DNA from: Candidatus Moraniibacteriota bacterium
GTDB lineage: Bacteria > Patescibacteriota > Minisyncoccia > Moranbacterales > UBA1568
Reading direction: 5' to 3'
Assembly (NCBI GenBank): GCA_013334575.1
Contig: JAAXXG010000007.1
Coordinates: forward strand, 1-56,280
Length of the DNA: 56,280 nucleotides
Made by a program: the position numbers and the translations under genes. Positions 40,086 to 50,604 of this stretch are shown piece after piece. The notes under the pieces were generated by a model. That model did no database searches, was not told the DNA's origin, and saw only the letters and a program-made list of their open reading frames with translations. Each line of letters starts with the position of its first letter. Position 1 is the stretch's first letter.

Positions 40086-41525
40086 ATGAATAAGGCATCA
40101 TCAGATTTCCGAACCATCATTTTCACCCTCTTGGCACTCATACTGTCGGGTATCGTCATCCTCGGTTTCCGCGCCGTCCGGACCGCCGAGCGGATCCACG
40201 TCGACAACGACAACGCGATCGGCAGCGTTTCATCACTGCTCCCCGGAGGAAAAAGAGAGCCGCTCCGGGGTGAGGAAAGCGGCCGCATCAACATCCTTCT
40301 CCTCGGTCGCGCGGGAACGAACCGACCGGGACAGAACCTCACCGACACGATCATGCTCGCAAGCGTAGATACCGCACAACGTCGCGTCGCTCTCCTTTCC
40401 ATACCCCGCGACCTGTACGTGCCGATTCCGGGAACCGATCTCTCGACCAAGCTCAACTCGCTCTACCAATACGGGATCTCCCAGGGTGTCGGTGCCGATC
40501 TCGTGACGGACGCGGTCGAGGACATCACCGGACAGGACATCCCCTACTACGTCACCCTCGACTTCGACGGATTCGAAAAGGTGATAGACGACATCGGCGG
40601 AATACGAATCAACTCCGAACGGGACATTCTCGACACGCGCTACCCGGGAAAGAACTACAGCTACGAGACCTTCGAGCTCCCGGCCGGGTGGCACACGCTC
40701 GACGGCGCGACCGCGCTCAAGTACGCGCGCGAACGCCACGACGATCCCGAAGGCGATTTCGGTCGGGCCAAACGACAACAGCAGATCCTGAAGGCGTTCC
40801 AGGAAAAAGCGCTTTCCCTACGAACCTACGCCGACCCCTTCACGGCAAACCGTCTCCTCGACACCCTCGGCGACAGCGTCCGCACCAACCTCACGATGAG
40901 CCAGATCGCGAGCCTCATCGAACTCTCGAAAACCGTCGACATCCGGAATGCCGGAACGGCGGTCGTCGACGCCTGGAAGCCGGAAAGCCTCCTGCGCGTC
41001 TCGCACCTCGACATGAACGGCGTCCGGGCCTTCATCCTCGTCCCGCGGACGGGAAACTGGAACGAGATCCGCGACCTCGCGAAGAACATATTCGACAAGG
41101 CCGATCTCGATCGGAAACGATCGGAAATGGCGGACGAGTCGGCGACGATCGCCGTGATCTCCCGACCGGAAGACGCCCGGATCGCTTCCAGACTCGCGGC
41201 GACGCTGCGCGACGCGATTCCCGCGAAGGACGTCGTGACCGCGACGACGACCGCGACAAGACCGGCCCGAACGACGGTCGCCGACCGGACCGGCATGAAG
41301 ATGCCGTTCACGTTCGACGCGCTCCTGTCGAGCTTCTCGCTCGAACGGACCGACGAGATCCCTGGAACGCTTCCCGCGGCGTCCAAGAACGCCGACTTCA
41401 TCGTAACGGTCGGGACCGATTCGACGACGCGCCCGCTTCCGGAGTCCACCCTCGGCGAATCTCCCGACGACGAGAAGGACGGAAACGACTTTTCGGAATA
41501 CTTCACCCCGCAGGCACGACGATAG
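40086..41525 (+). CDS. LytR-CpsA-Psr (LCP) family protein
   Basis: N-terminal TM, INILLLG, TDTIML, SIPRDL, DFGRAKRQQ. Confidence 0.92.
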   Translation: MNKASSDFRTIIFTLLALILSGIVILGFRAVRTAERIHVDNDNAIGSVSSLLPGGKREPLRGEESGRINILLLGRAGTNRPGQNLTDTIMLASVDTAQRRVALLSIPRDLYVPIPGTDLSTKLNSLYQYGISQGVGADLVTDAVEDITGQDIPYYVTLDFDGFEKVIDDIGGIRINSERDILDTRYPGKNYSYETFELPAGWHTLDGATALKYARERHDDPEGDFGRAKRQQQILKAFQEKALSLRTYADPFTANRLLDTLGDSVRTNLTMSQIASLIELSKTVDIRNAGTAVVDAWKPESLLRVSHLDMNGVRAFILVPRTGNWNEIRDLAKNIFDKADLDRKRSEMADESATIAVISRPEDARIASRLAATLRDAIPAKDVVTATTTATRPARTTVADRTGMKMPFTFDALLSSFSLERTDEIPGTLPAASKNADFIVTVGTDSTTRPLPESTLGESPDDEKDGNDFSEYFTPQARR

Positions 41526-41588
41526 AAGTGGGACGCGACGACCCCGCACGCTTGACGCCACGATACGACCGGATGACAATGCAACCGT

Positions 41589-42128
41589 ATGCCTTTCCCG
41601 AAACTCATCGTCGGACTCGGTAATCCCGGAAGCAGCCACGAAAGAACCCGCCACAACGCCGGGTTCCTGTTTCTCGATTTCCTCGTGCGGGAATGGGGAT
41701 TCCCGCCTTTCGAGTCCTCGGCGAAATGGAAAGGCTCCGTCTCCACCGGCTTGCGCGGAGGAGAGAAGGTCATCCTCCTCAAGCCCGAAACCTTCATGAA
41801 CCGTTCCGGCGAGAGCGTCCGCGCCGTCATGGACTTCTTCAAGTTCTCGCCGCGGGATATCGTCGTCATCCACGACGACCTCGATGTCCCGGCCGGAACG
41901 TTGAAGACGACGGAAAGCTCCCGTGCCGCGGGACACAACGGCGTCGCCGACCTTATCGAGAAGCTCGGCACGCAGGACTTCCGCCGAGTCCGCGTCGGCA
42001 TCGGCCGGCCGTCCGACGGAATGCCAGCCGACGCCTACGTCCTCGCTCCGTTCTCCGACGAGGAGCGAAAGACGCTCGAGAGTCTCTTCCCGGAAATCGA
42101 GAGTCTCATCGGAGGAAAAACCGAATAA
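41589..42128 (+). CDS. pth: Peptidyl-tRNA hydrolase
   Basis: GLGNPG, TRHNAG, KPETFMN.SG, HDDLD, GHNG. Confidence 0.96.
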   Translation: MPFPKLIVGLGNPGSSHERTRHNAGFLFLDFLVREWGFPPFESSAKWKGSVSTGLRGGEKVILLKPETFMNRSGESVRAVMDFFKFSPRDIVVIHDDLDVPAGTLKTTESSRAAGHNGVADLIEKLGTQDFRRVRVGIGRPSDGMPADAYVLAPFSDEERKTLESLFPEIESLIGGKTE

Positions 42129-42209
42129 GCTTCACGAAAAACCGCCACCGAAGGGCGGATTTTCGATCGCACGTCATCTGTTGTAAGTCGCGAGTCGTCA
42201 GTTCGGCAC

Positions 42210-42767
42210 TTACGCCCGCGAGACGTAGGTCCCCTTCTCGGTATTCACGATAAGCCGGTCTCCGGCGTTTATGAAAAGCGGGACGGTCACGGTAAGACCG
42301 TTCTCGAGAACGACTACCTTGTCGCCACCCGAGGCGGTGTCGCCCTTGATGCCCGGAGGCGCCTCCTTCACTTCGAACTCCATCTTCACCGGAAGCTCGA
42401 CGTTGATCGCGCGGCCGGCATAGTTGAGTACGGTCACCTCGGTCCCCTCGATGAGGTACTTCGTCGCGTCTCCGAGGGTCCCCGCGGGGATCGCGAACTG
42501 CTCGTAGCTCTCCGAGTCCATGAAGTGGTACTCGTCACCTTCCGGATAGAGGAACTGCGCGGAAGACTTCGTCACTTCCGCCTCCTCGAACTTGTCCTTA
42601 TCCTGGAAGGTGTATTCGATGGTCGCCCCGGTCAGGAGGTTCCGGAGCTTGGTCCGCATGACCGCGCCGGCACGGCCGGTCTTGGAGTGCTGGTATTCGA
42701 GCACGACGTACGGCTGACCGTCCCAGACGATCTTCTTGCCGTTCTTGATATCGGTGAGTCCGAGCAT
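42210..42767 (-). CDS. efp: Elongation factor P (Arg at loop tip)
   Basis: HSKTGRAGA, QFLY, FMD.ESYEQ, GDTA, VPLFI..GD. Confidence 0.95.
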   Translation of the reverse strand: MLGLTDIKNGKKIVWDGQPYVVLEYQHSKTGRAGAVMRTKLRNLLTGATIEYTFQDKDKFEEAEVTKSSAQFLYPEGDEYHFMDSESYEQFAIPAGTLGDATKYLIEGTEVTVLNYAGRAINVELPVKMEFEVKEAPPGIKGDTASGGDKVVVLENGLTVTVPLFINAGDRLIVNTEKGTYVSRA

Positions 42768-42840
42768 ATCGTGAAACGCTACTGGAACGGAAACGGGAAA
42801 GACCCGACCCCTTGCAGGAGTCGGATCCCCGGAAAACCTG

Positions 42841-43035
42841 CTACTGGATCACGTACGGGATCATTCCCATGTACCGCGCGCGCTTGATCGCGAGCGCGAC
42901 ATCCTTCTGCTGCTTCGCCGAAAGGCCGTGCCGCTTCGGGGGATAGATTTTTCCCTGGGAGTTGAGGAACTTCCGGAGAAAGTACGCATCCTTGTAATCG
43001 AGATGGTCGAGCTTCTTCTGCATCGCATCATCCAT
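42841..43035 (-). CDS. rpsR: 30S ribosomal protein bS18
   Basis: DYKD..LRKFL..GKI, AIKRAR. Confidence 0.95.
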   Translation of the reverse strand: MDDAMQKKLDHLDYKDAYFLRKFLNSQGKIYPPKRHGLSAKQQKDVALAIKRARYMGMIPYVIQ

Positions 43036-43121
43036 AGGTATGATATTCGAATGAATTATCCCGAACAACCAGCTTCATCGTCGCCGGTTGCCGGTTATAA
43101 GTTAAGAATCGAGAGCCCCGC

Positions 43122-43637
43122 CTAGAACGGAACGTCCTCGATCCGGACTTCCTCCTTCTCGTCGTCGAGATTGATGGTCGGAATCTCTTCCTCGACCGGT
43201 TCCGGCTTGAAGGCTCCCGGATGGGACGGGACCGAGGTCCGGGGTCCGGCCGCCGGCGCCGCGGGACGGGCGCCCTGTCGAGGCGCGTACCCGCCCTGAC
43301 CGCCGCCCTGCGGTCGGGAACCGATCTGCATCGACTCACCGACTATCTCGGTCGTCTTGCGCTCGACGCCGTCCTTACCGACGAACGAGCGGGTCTGAAG
43401 CCGTCCTTCGAAGAAGGCTTCCATCCCCTTCGCGAGATACTGACCCGCGACCTCCGCAAGGCGCCCCCACAGGACGACCGTATGGAACTCGGACTTCTCC
43501 TGCTTCTGCCCGGTCTTGTCGACCCAGCGATGATTCGTCGCCATGCCGATCGTCGCGACGGTCTGTCCGCTCTGCGTCGTCCGCACGTCGGGATCGCGCG
43601 TCAGGCGTCCCACGAGGATGACCCTGTTCACGTTCAT
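43122..43637 (-). CDS. ssb: Single-stranded DNA-binding protein
   Basis: NRVILVGRLTRDP, EGRLQTR, C-terminal EDVPF. Confidence 0.97.
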   Translation of the reverse strand: MNVNRVILVGRLTRDPDVRTTQSGQTVATIGMATNHRWVDKTGQKQEKSEFHTVVLWGRLAEVAGQYLAKGMEAFFEGRLQTRSFVGKDGVERKTTEIVGESMQIGSRPQGGGQGGYAPRQGARPAAPAAGPRTSVPSHPGAFKPEPVEEEIPTINLDDEKEEVRIEDVPF

Positions 43638-43699
43638 ATGTTTCGCGTTACACGTTTACACCTCAAGTATACACCGGCCTCAGCCGACCTGCGGGACGA

Positions 43700-44305
43700 T
43701 CAGATGTCCAGGACTTCCTTGAGCTGCTTGTCGAGATCCTCCTGGGTCACTTTCTTCGCCGCCGGCTTCGCCGTCTTCGCGACCTTCGTTTCCTTCGTCT
43801 CTTCCTTTACGGACTCCTCCTTCGCCTCGGACGTCTCGGGCCGCTCGGTGCGGACCGGGGCGCTACGGCGATCGGAGCGCTCGAACCGGCGTCCGCCACC
43901 ACGACGATCCTCACGCCGGGTCGGCTTCGGCCGCTCCTCGCGAGGAATCGCCTTGAGTTCCGGAAGGCGCTCGGCGCGGACAATCAGGAACCGGAGCACG
44001 GAAGAGTACAGGCCCAGCTGACGTGTGACCGAATCGATCGCATTCTCCTTATCGGCCTGCTTCTCGGAAAACGGCTCATCGGACGCCGTCGGAAGCGTGA
44101 ACCGACGGGCCACGTACGTACCCCGACGCTCTTTCCGGATCTCGTATGCCAGATTCCGCTTTTCCTCAGTCTCCTCCGGAAGGAAGACTCCTCCGACCCC
44201 CTTCACGATCTTTTCCACCTCCTCGCGGACCGCCGGAAGCTCGGCTTCCTTCGAATCCCCGACCAGGTAGAACAGTTCGTACACCTTCACGTCCTGTGCC
44301 GCCAT
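43700..44305 (-). CDS. rpsF: 30S ribosomal protein bS6 with long charged C-terminal tail
   Basis: YELFYL, KRNLAYEIRK..GTY, VLRFLIV; rpsF-ssb-rpsR order. Confidence 0.92.
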   Translation of the reverse strand: MAAQDVKVYELFYLVGDSKEAELPAVREEVEKIVKGVGGVFLPEETEEKRNLAYEIRKERRGTYVARRFTLPTASDEPFSEKQADKENAIDSVTRQLGLYSSVLRFLIVRAERLPELKAIPREERPKPTRREDRRGGGRRFERSDRRSAPVRTERPETSEAKEESVKEETKETKVAKTAKPAAKKVTQEDLDKQLKEVLDI

Positions 44306-44333
44306 ACGGTATTCCGTATTACTGGTTATATAT

Positions 44334-44462
44334 GCAAAAACCGGCAAGAGAGACCCCTGTGCGGTTTCTGCCCGCCCTGGTCTCCTCCGAAAAGGAGCGG
44401 GGCGGCGCGCCGGACTTTCTCTCTTGTCTCCCAATGGTATCAGGAAAAAGGCTCACTGTCAA
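44334..44462 (-). promoter_or_regulatory. rpsF promoter and structured 5-prime leader
   Basis: TTGACA-17-TACCAT (44434-44462); stem CAAGAGAGA/TCTCTCTTG enclosing a GC-rich inner hairpin, then TTTTT. Confidence 0.65.
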
Positions 44463-44473
44463 ACGTCCGCCTC

Positions 44474-45745
44474 CTATTTGAAGAGGAGCTTGTAGTTCTT
44501 CGACCAGTAGACGATGCCGTTATAATAGTTCGCGTTGTACGTGCCGAGATAGCTGATGGAGGCCTTCTTGATGACGGATTCCTTGCTCGAGGTCGCACCG
44601 GCCTTCCGGAGCTTCAGCGCCATCGCCATCACCCCGTCGGTCAGGTTCCACGGGTCCGGCGTCTTGTGTCCGGTGGCCGATCGGATCTGACTCTCGTATC
44701 CCGCCCAGACATCGGACATGAACTGAGGCACTCCCATAGCCCCTCCCTGACCGATATATCCGGACGGCGAACAGGAGACCTTCTTGTTCTTGCCGTACCC
44801 GAGTTCGTCGACGAGGTCGTAGAACAGGTCGCGACGCTTGTAGAGAAGTGCGATGGACGCCTTGTATTTCGAACCGTACTTCTTGTACCGGGCGACCGAG
44901 ACCTTCTCCACCTCGGCATACGTGCACTGCCCCGTATTCGCTCCGAGATTCGTCTCCATCTTCAGGAACCCGTAGAGCACTCCCTCGGGAACGCCCGTCT
45001 CGTCGCTCGCGAACTCGACCGCCTCGCGGATATCCTTGGCATCATACGACTTGCCCGTCAGGACGGAGAGGTCGCTCTGCATCTCGGCAATCTCCTTGCG
45101 AAGCCGGTCGACGATCTTCTGCTGGTCAGCGAGATCGGCCTGCGTCTCCCGCTGGTCCGCCGCGAGGTCCTGCTTCTCGTCGAGCCTGTCGGCAAGGGTA
45201 TCCTCGTGCTCCGTCTTGAGACGCTCGAGTGTCTCCCGTTCCTGGGATGCCTGGTCCTGAGACGAACGAATATCGGCAAGTACCGCGCTCATACGTTCCC
45301 CGACGGTGAGAAGGTGACCGGGATCGTCGAGTGCGCGCGTCACTTCGTCTCCCGAAAGGACCATGGAAAAAAGCGGCTCTTCCGACTCCGCCTTCATCTC
45401 CCGCACGAGTCCGGCGAGAATGAGGCGGTTCTCCTCGATGCGCTGTTCGATGAGCTCGATCTCCGCGGCCTTCCTCTCTATGTCGGTCGTGGCCGCCGCG
45501 ATGCGGGATTTGGCCAACGCGATCGCCGCTTGCGTCGTCACGAGCGAGGAATTGATCCGGTTCAGCTGTCCGGACAGCGCGTCCGCCTTCGCCTGCGCCT
45601 TTTCGAGCTTCTTCTGCGCGCTTTCGATATCGTCCTTGAGCTCATCGGCGGAATCGGCGGCAAGCGACGGAAAAAGCGGCATCCCAAGGATACCGGAAAG
45701 GAGTAACAGGGCAACGAACCTGACGGGAGCTGAATTCCGTTTCAT
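44474..45745 (-). CDS. Secreted coiled-coil protein with C-terminal lytic transglycosylase-like domain
   Basis: Signal peptide, long heptad region, ETNLG.NTG, GGAMGVPQFM, PDPWN. Confidence 0.8.
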   Translation of the reverse strand: MKRNSAPVRFVALLLLSGILGMPLFPSLAADSADELKDDIESAQKKLEKAQAKADALSGQLNRINSSLVTTQAAIALAKSRIAAATTDIERKAAEIELIEQRIEENRLILAGLVREMKAESEEPLFSMVLSGDEVTRALDDPGHLLTVGERMSAVLADIRSSQDQASQERETLERLKTEHEDTLADRLDEKQDLAADQRETQADLADQQKIVDRLRKEIAEMQSDLSVLTGKSYDAKDIREAVEFASDETGVPEGVLYGFLKMETNLGANTGQCTYAEVEKVSVARYKKYGSKYKASIALLYKRRDLFYDLVDELGYGKNKKVSCSPSGYIGQGGAMGVPQFMSDVWAGYESQIRSATGHKTPDPWNLTDGVMAMALKLRKAGATSSKESVIKKASISYLGTYNANYYNGIVYWSKNYKLLFK

Positions 45746-45843
45746 ACGGGAATAATACCACGAAACGGGACTTGTCGGAAGACTCACGGAAAAATGAAAG
45801 GCCGACCCGGAAAGGGCCGGCCCGTCCGAAACGTCCGCTGCCG

Positions 45844-46866
45844 CTATACGACGGCCTCTTCCTTCGCCTTCTTCGCGATCGCCTTGCCGATTTCCGCGGC
45901 GATTTTCGGATTTTCCTTGAGGAACGTCTTGGCCACCTCGCGTCCCACGCCGAGTTTCGTCTCCCCGAAGAGGAACGAGTTACCTGACTTCTTCACGACC
46001 TCGAACCGGACCCCGGTATCGACAAGGTCGCCGGAAGCCGAGATACCCTCGTTGTACATGATGTCGAACTCCGCGGTCTTGAACGGAGGAGCGACCTTGT
46101 TCTTCACGACCTTCACCTTCACGCGGTTGCCGACCACGTCCTCCCCCTTCTTGATCTGCGCGGCGCGGCGCACCTCCAGCCGGACCGACGAATAGAACTT
46201 GAGCGCCTGACCTCCGGTCGTCGTCTCGGGATTCCCGAACATGACGCCGATCTTCATGCGGATCTGGTTGATGAAGACGACCACCGTGTTCGACTTCGCC
46301 ATGATCGGGGTAAGCTTGCGCAGCGCCTGCGACATGAGACGCGCCTGCCGACCGACATGCTGGTCGCCCATCTCGCCCTCGATCTCCGCACGCGGAACAA
46401 GCGCGGCCACCGAGTCGACCACGATCACGTCGATCGCGTTCGAACGCACGAGCGTCTCGACGATATCGAGCGCCTGCTCGCCGGCATCCGGCTGCGAGAT
46501 GAGGAGTTCGTCGGTCTTCACGCCGAGACGTTTCGCGTACTCCGGGTCAAGCGCGTGCTCGGCATCGATGAACGCCGCCGTCCCGCCCATCTTTTGCGCG
46601 TTCGCGATGATATGCAGCGCCAGGGTCGTCTTGCCGGACGACTCCGGACCGTATACCTCGATCACGCGGCCCCGCGGCACGCCGCCGATACCGAGCGCGA
46701 GATCGAGCGAGACGGACCCCGTCGGGATCGCCTCGATATCGACCTTTCGGACCTCGCCGAGCTTCATGATCATCTCGTCGCCGAACTTCTCCTTGATCGT
46801 CCCGATGACCGCGTCGAGCCCGTCCTTCGATGCCGTTTTTTCCTGCTTCGCTCCTTTCGTCGCCAT
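45844..46866 (-). CDS. recA: Recombinase RecA
   Basis: [31 protein letters not shown]. Confidence 0.99.
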   Translation of the reverse strand: MATKGAKQEKTASKDGLDAVIGTIKEKFGDEMIMKLGEVRKVDIEAIPTGSVSLDLALGIGGVPRGRVIEVYGPESSGKTTLALHIIANAQKMGGTAAFIDAEHALDPEYAKRLGVKTDELLISQPDAGEQALDIVETLVRSNAIDVIVVDSVAALVPRAEIEGEMGDQHVGRQARLMSQALRKLTPIMAKSNTVVVFINQIRMKIGVMFGNPETTTGGQALKFYSSVRLEVRRAAQIKKGEDVVGNRVKVKVVKNKVAPPFKTAEFDIMYNEGISASGDLVDTGVRFEVVKKSGNSFLFGETKLGVGREVAKTFLKENPKIAAEIGKAIAKKAKEEAVV

Positions 46867-46896
46867 ATGCGTGTGTTTCCGCTGATTAATGCCTGA

Positions 46897-47883
46897 TTAT
46901 GTTCCCTGACTACTCCCGTCCGGACCATACGAGACCGTCGTCGGCCCCGGTTTTTCCGAAAGCGGTTCCGCCGGACCGGATCCCGACCGCGCCAACACGT
47001 CCGGCCCCGATCCCGACCCGACCTCGATACGTTCCTTCGCCGAGAACGGCTTCTCCTCGCCGACCGGCAGCTCCCCGCTCCAGACCGTCTCGCCGTCGGC
47101 GCGCACCGTGACATACGTCGGCGCGACGGCGGAGAGAGTCAGCCGCACCGAATCCGATACGGCCGCATCGGCTCCGACATCCGCCATCGCGTCACGACCG
47201 GGAATATCCGCATTCACGGTAAGCGTCCGCTCGCGAGTCTTCCCGAACCGGTTCGTCGACGAAACGATAATCTCGTTGAGCCCCGCATCGAGCGCGAGCT
47301 TCTCGGAGAAGTTCCCCCGCTCGTCCACGGCGACCTCATCTCCGTTTATACGGACCGTCGCCCGCGGATCGGTCTCTCCTCGCACCACCGTCTCGGCTTC
47401 CCGGACCGTATCCCCGCCGTTCGGCGAAAGGATGACCAGACGCGGCTCGGAGACGAACGCCGAAAACTCGGCATACAGGTACGCGAAGAACCCGAACGTG
47501 ACCAGCGCGATCGCCGCGATCGTCAGGCCGCGCGAAGAAAGGGAAATGCGCGGCCGGGCGATTCCTCCCGGAAGCAGGCTTGCCGGAACGGGAGCGGCTC
47601 CAAGGTTGTTCCGTATGCTCCGTTCCCGCTCGTACAGACGGAGAATCGGTTCCTCGGGAATGCCGAGGTGCCCGGCATACGAACGCAGAAACCCGCGCAC
47701 GTATACTTCCGGCGGCAGTTTCCCGTAATCGCCGACCTCGAGCGCCTCGAGGTACTTCGTCTGGATTCCCGTGGCACGGGAAACCTCCGAAAGCGATATG
47801 CGGTTTTCGTCACGGACCTTGCGGAGCTTCTCGCCGAGCGTCAGCGACCCGACCCGTTTTCTGGTGAAATTCGCGGCAGCCAT
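46897..47883 (-). CDS. RodZ-like HTH membrane protein
   Basis: LGEKLR, YLEALE.GDY..LP..VYVRGFLRSYA, single TM, Ig-like and DUF4115-like C-terminus. Confidence 0.8.
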   Translation of the reverse strand: MAAANFTRKRVGSLTLGEKLRKVRDENRISLSEVSRATGIQTKYLEALEVGDYGKLPPEVYVRGFLRSYAGHLGIPEEPILRLYERERSIRNNLGAAPVPASLLPGGIARPRISLSSRGLTIAAIALVTFGFFAYLYAEFSAFVSEPRLVILSPNGGDTVREAETVVRGETDPRATVRINGDEVAVDERGNFSEKLALDAGLNEIIVSSTNRFGKTRERTLTVNADIPGRDAMADVGADAAVSDSVRLTLSAVAPTYVTVRADGETVWSGELPVGEEKPFSAKERIEVGSGSGPDVLARSGSGPAEPLSEKPGPTTVSYGPDGSSQGT

Positions 47884-47960
47884 ACGGGTCCACTGTATCA
47901 CATCGGTAAAACCCGCTCAAAACCGGTCGGAGAGAAGGAAAAGCGAAGCCTTTCCACCGC

Positions 47961-50414
47961 CTACATCTGCCACTTGTCGCGGGCAGCCTGATCGTCCATC
48001 GGGTCCTCGTATTCGGGAACGTCGGCCTGGCCCGCGAACTTTCCGATAAGCACGGGACGTCCCTTGTTGTTCCCTTCCGGCGGCCCGACCACGCCCTGTT
48101 CTTCCAAAAGGTCAAGCAGCTTCGCGGCACGGCCGTATCCGATCGACAGCCGCCGTTGCAGGAAGGTGGTCGCCGCCCGCCCCGACTCGATGACGATCCG
48201 CTTGGCTTCCTCGTATTTCTCGTCCTGTTCCGACGGATCGTCCGGTCCGGAAGAGAAGTCGAAGTCGTTCCCGGAAACGGTCGGCTCCTCGCCGCCGCGC
48301 GGGCCGAAATCCTCGTCGAGATTCTCCTCCCCGAGTTCCTTCTTCTGATCGACGAAGAACCGGACCAGGTCCTTGACCTCGCGGTCGTCGACATAGACGC
48401 CCTGGATACGCCTCGGCTGCGACGATTCGGGAGCGGCGTACAGCATATCTCCCTTGCCGATCAGCTTCTCGGCACCGCCGGTATCGAGGATGATACGCGA
48501 GTCCATCTGATTCGAGACCGCGAACGCGATCTTTGCCGGAATGTTCGACTTGATGAGGCCGGTCACGACGTCGGCGACCGGTTTCTGCGTCGCGAGCACG
48601 AGGTGAATGCCGGCGGCGCGGGACATCTGCGCAAGCCGGACGATGGCGCCTTCGACCTCCTTGCCGTGCGACATCATGAGGTCGGCCATCTCGTCGATGA
48701 CGATGACGATGTACGGCATCGGCTCGAGCGGGCAGACCTTCGGACGACCGTCCGACGCGCTGTGGTCGACATACGTCCCTCCCTCGCGTTCCTTCGCGCG
48801 ATAGGCGGCCAGATCGCGAACCCGCACCTGCTCGAAAACCCGGAGCCGCCGGTCCATCTCGCCGATCGCATACTTGAGCGCGTTCACGACATGCTTGGAA
48901 TCCGTGATCACCCGACCGCTCTTGAGGTGCGGGATGCCGTTGTACAGCGAGAGTTCGACGCGCTTCGGGTCGACAAGGATAAGCTGCAGATCCTCCGGCG
49001 AGTTCTGATAGAGGAGCGAAAGGATGAGCGAATTGATGCAGACGCTCTTTCCGGAACCGGTCCGCCCCGCGATCAGGAGGTGCGGCATGGACTCGAGATC
49101 GGCGATCTCGTAGTCCCCCGACACCGATTCGCCGAGGACGACGGACAGGTTGGACCGCTTGGCACGGAAGGCCGAACTCTCGACGATGTCGCGCATGCGT
49201 ACGTTCGCCTGCGCCGTGTTCGGTACCTCGATACCCACGAGCGACTTGTTCGGGATCGGCGCCTCGATGCGGATCGGATGCTTGGCAAGCGCGAGCGCGA
49301 GATCGTTCGAAAGGGCGACTATCTTGGACAGCTTCGTACCGAACGCCGGGCTGAACGTGTACTGTGTTACGGTCGGACCCACGGTCGTCTCGGCCATCTC
49401 TCCGGAAATGCCAAAATGTCGGAGCGTATCATGGATGATTTCCCTCGTCCGGTCGATATCCCCGGAATCCCCGCTCTCGGTCTTCCCCTTGAAAAAATCG
49501 GGATCCGGACGCTGCCAGACGGACTTCCGACGTCGGCGTCGCGGACGCGACTTCCCGGTTTCCTCGACGTCGTCTTCCCCGTCATCGGCATATTCCGACC
49601 CTTCTTCGTCATCGTCCATGTCGTCGGACTCGTCGGCCTCCGCTTCCGTTTCGTCCTCCGGGAAACTGATGGTCCCGATATTGTTCGACGATGGCACGAC
49701 AACGGCAGTCGGCCCGATCGCGACCGGCGGCGCGACGGTTTCCGTCGCGTCGGAAGCCACGGAATCCGCCGGAAGCGCCTCTTCCGACACTTCTTCCGAA
49801 TCGGCTTCCGCTTTCATGGCAGCAAGCCGATCACGCAGCATGCCGATAAAATGGATAAGCGAGACGTTGAACGCCGCGACGACACCGGAAAGAAACAGGG
49901 CTGCGAGAATGATGGCTCCCGCGGCACGACCCGTAAACGAGAACAGGAACGACGCGATTCCGTACCCGACAAATCCTCCGCCGGATCCTTTTTTCGCGTA
50001 CGCAAGCATATCCTTCTGCGTATCGCCCAGAAACAGGTGGAGGATGCCGAGAACCGACAAGAACACGACCCCGAGCCCGACGAATTTCGCGATGTCCGAT
50101 ACGGTCGTCGTGCGGCGCCGGAGCAGGAATACCGCCGAAACGGCAAGCAAGATCGGGAAAAGCCACTTCCCCCATCCGAACAGCGACCCGACCCCTTTGT
50201 CGAGCAGTCCGCCGAGCTTCCCCCCGATTCCGAAGAAGGCGAGCAAAAACAGGATGGCGAACATGACCAGGAAAATCGCCGCGATACTGCGCTTCGCATC
50301 ACCCCCGAGTACATCGCCCCAGCCCGATTCGGACTCTTCCTCAGACTCCTCCTCGGGCTCCCGGGAGCGCCGCTTCCGTTTCTTCGGTTCGTCTTCCGTT
50401 TTCTTCCGTCCCAT
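47961..50414 (-). CDS. ftsK: DNA translocase FtsK/SpoIIIE
   Basis: N-terminal TMs, RIEAPIP, PHLLIAGRTGSGKS, IDEMADLM, C-terminal gamma domain LQRRLSIGYGRAA. Confidence 0.96.
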   Translation of the reverse strand: MGRKKTEDEPKKRKRRSREPEEESEEESESGWGDVLGGDAKRSIAAIFLVMFAILFLLAFFGIGGKLGGLLDKGVGSLFGWGKWLFPILLAVSAVFLLRRRTTTVSDIAKFVGLGVVFLSVLGILHLFLGDTQKDMLAYAKKGSGGGFVGYGIASFLFSFTGRAAGAIILAALFLSGVVAAFNVSLIHFIGMLRDRLAAMKAEADSEEVSEEALPADSVASDATETVAPPVAIGPTAVVVPSSNNIGTISFPEDETEAEADESDDMDDDEEGSEYADDGEDDVEETGKSRPRRRRRKSVWQRPDPDFFKGKTESGDSGDIDRTREIIHDTLRHFGISGEMAETTVGPTVTQYTFSPAFGTKLSKIVALSNDLALALAKHPIRIEAPIPNKSLVGIEVPNTAQANVRMRDIVESSAFRAKRSNLSVVLGESVSGDYEIADLESMPHLLIAGRTGSGKSVCINSLILSLLYQNSPEDLQLILVDPKRVELSLYNGIPHLKSGRVITDSKHVVNALKYAIGEMDRRLRVFEQVRVRDLAAYRAKEREGGTYVDHSASDGRPKVCPLEPMPYIVIVIDEMADLMMSHGKEVEGAIVRLAQMSRAAGIHLVLATQKPVADVVTGLIKSNIPAKIAFAVSNQMDSRIILDTGGAEKLIGKGDMLYAAPESSQPRRIQGVYVDDREVKDLVRFFVDQKKELGEENLDEDFGPRGGEEPTVSGNDFDFSSGPDDPSEQDEKYEEAKRIVIESGRAATTFLQRRLSIGYGRAAKLLDLLEEQGVVGPPEGNNKGRPVLIGKFAGQADVPEYEDPMDDQAARDKWQM

Positions 50415-50604
50415 AATCGTCGGTATGTCACGTATCACGACACAGCGCCGGGAACGGCTCGTCCCCGGTTCCGCGATATGCCGGAAGTATAGCACTCCCT
50501 TCCTCTTCGCGCGACCATCCGGACACGACTCCAATCGGTTCAGACCTTTCGAAAAGCAAAGGGTCCGACGCATTGCAGCGACAGACCCTCTCAATTCACC
50601 GTAT

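Noticed and set aside
44350..44425. GAAAGTCCGG...CAGAAACCG resembling RNase P RNA conserved regions
   Set aside because: The motifs are only about 45 nt apart with no proper P4 pairing; far too short, and better explained as the rpsF leader.
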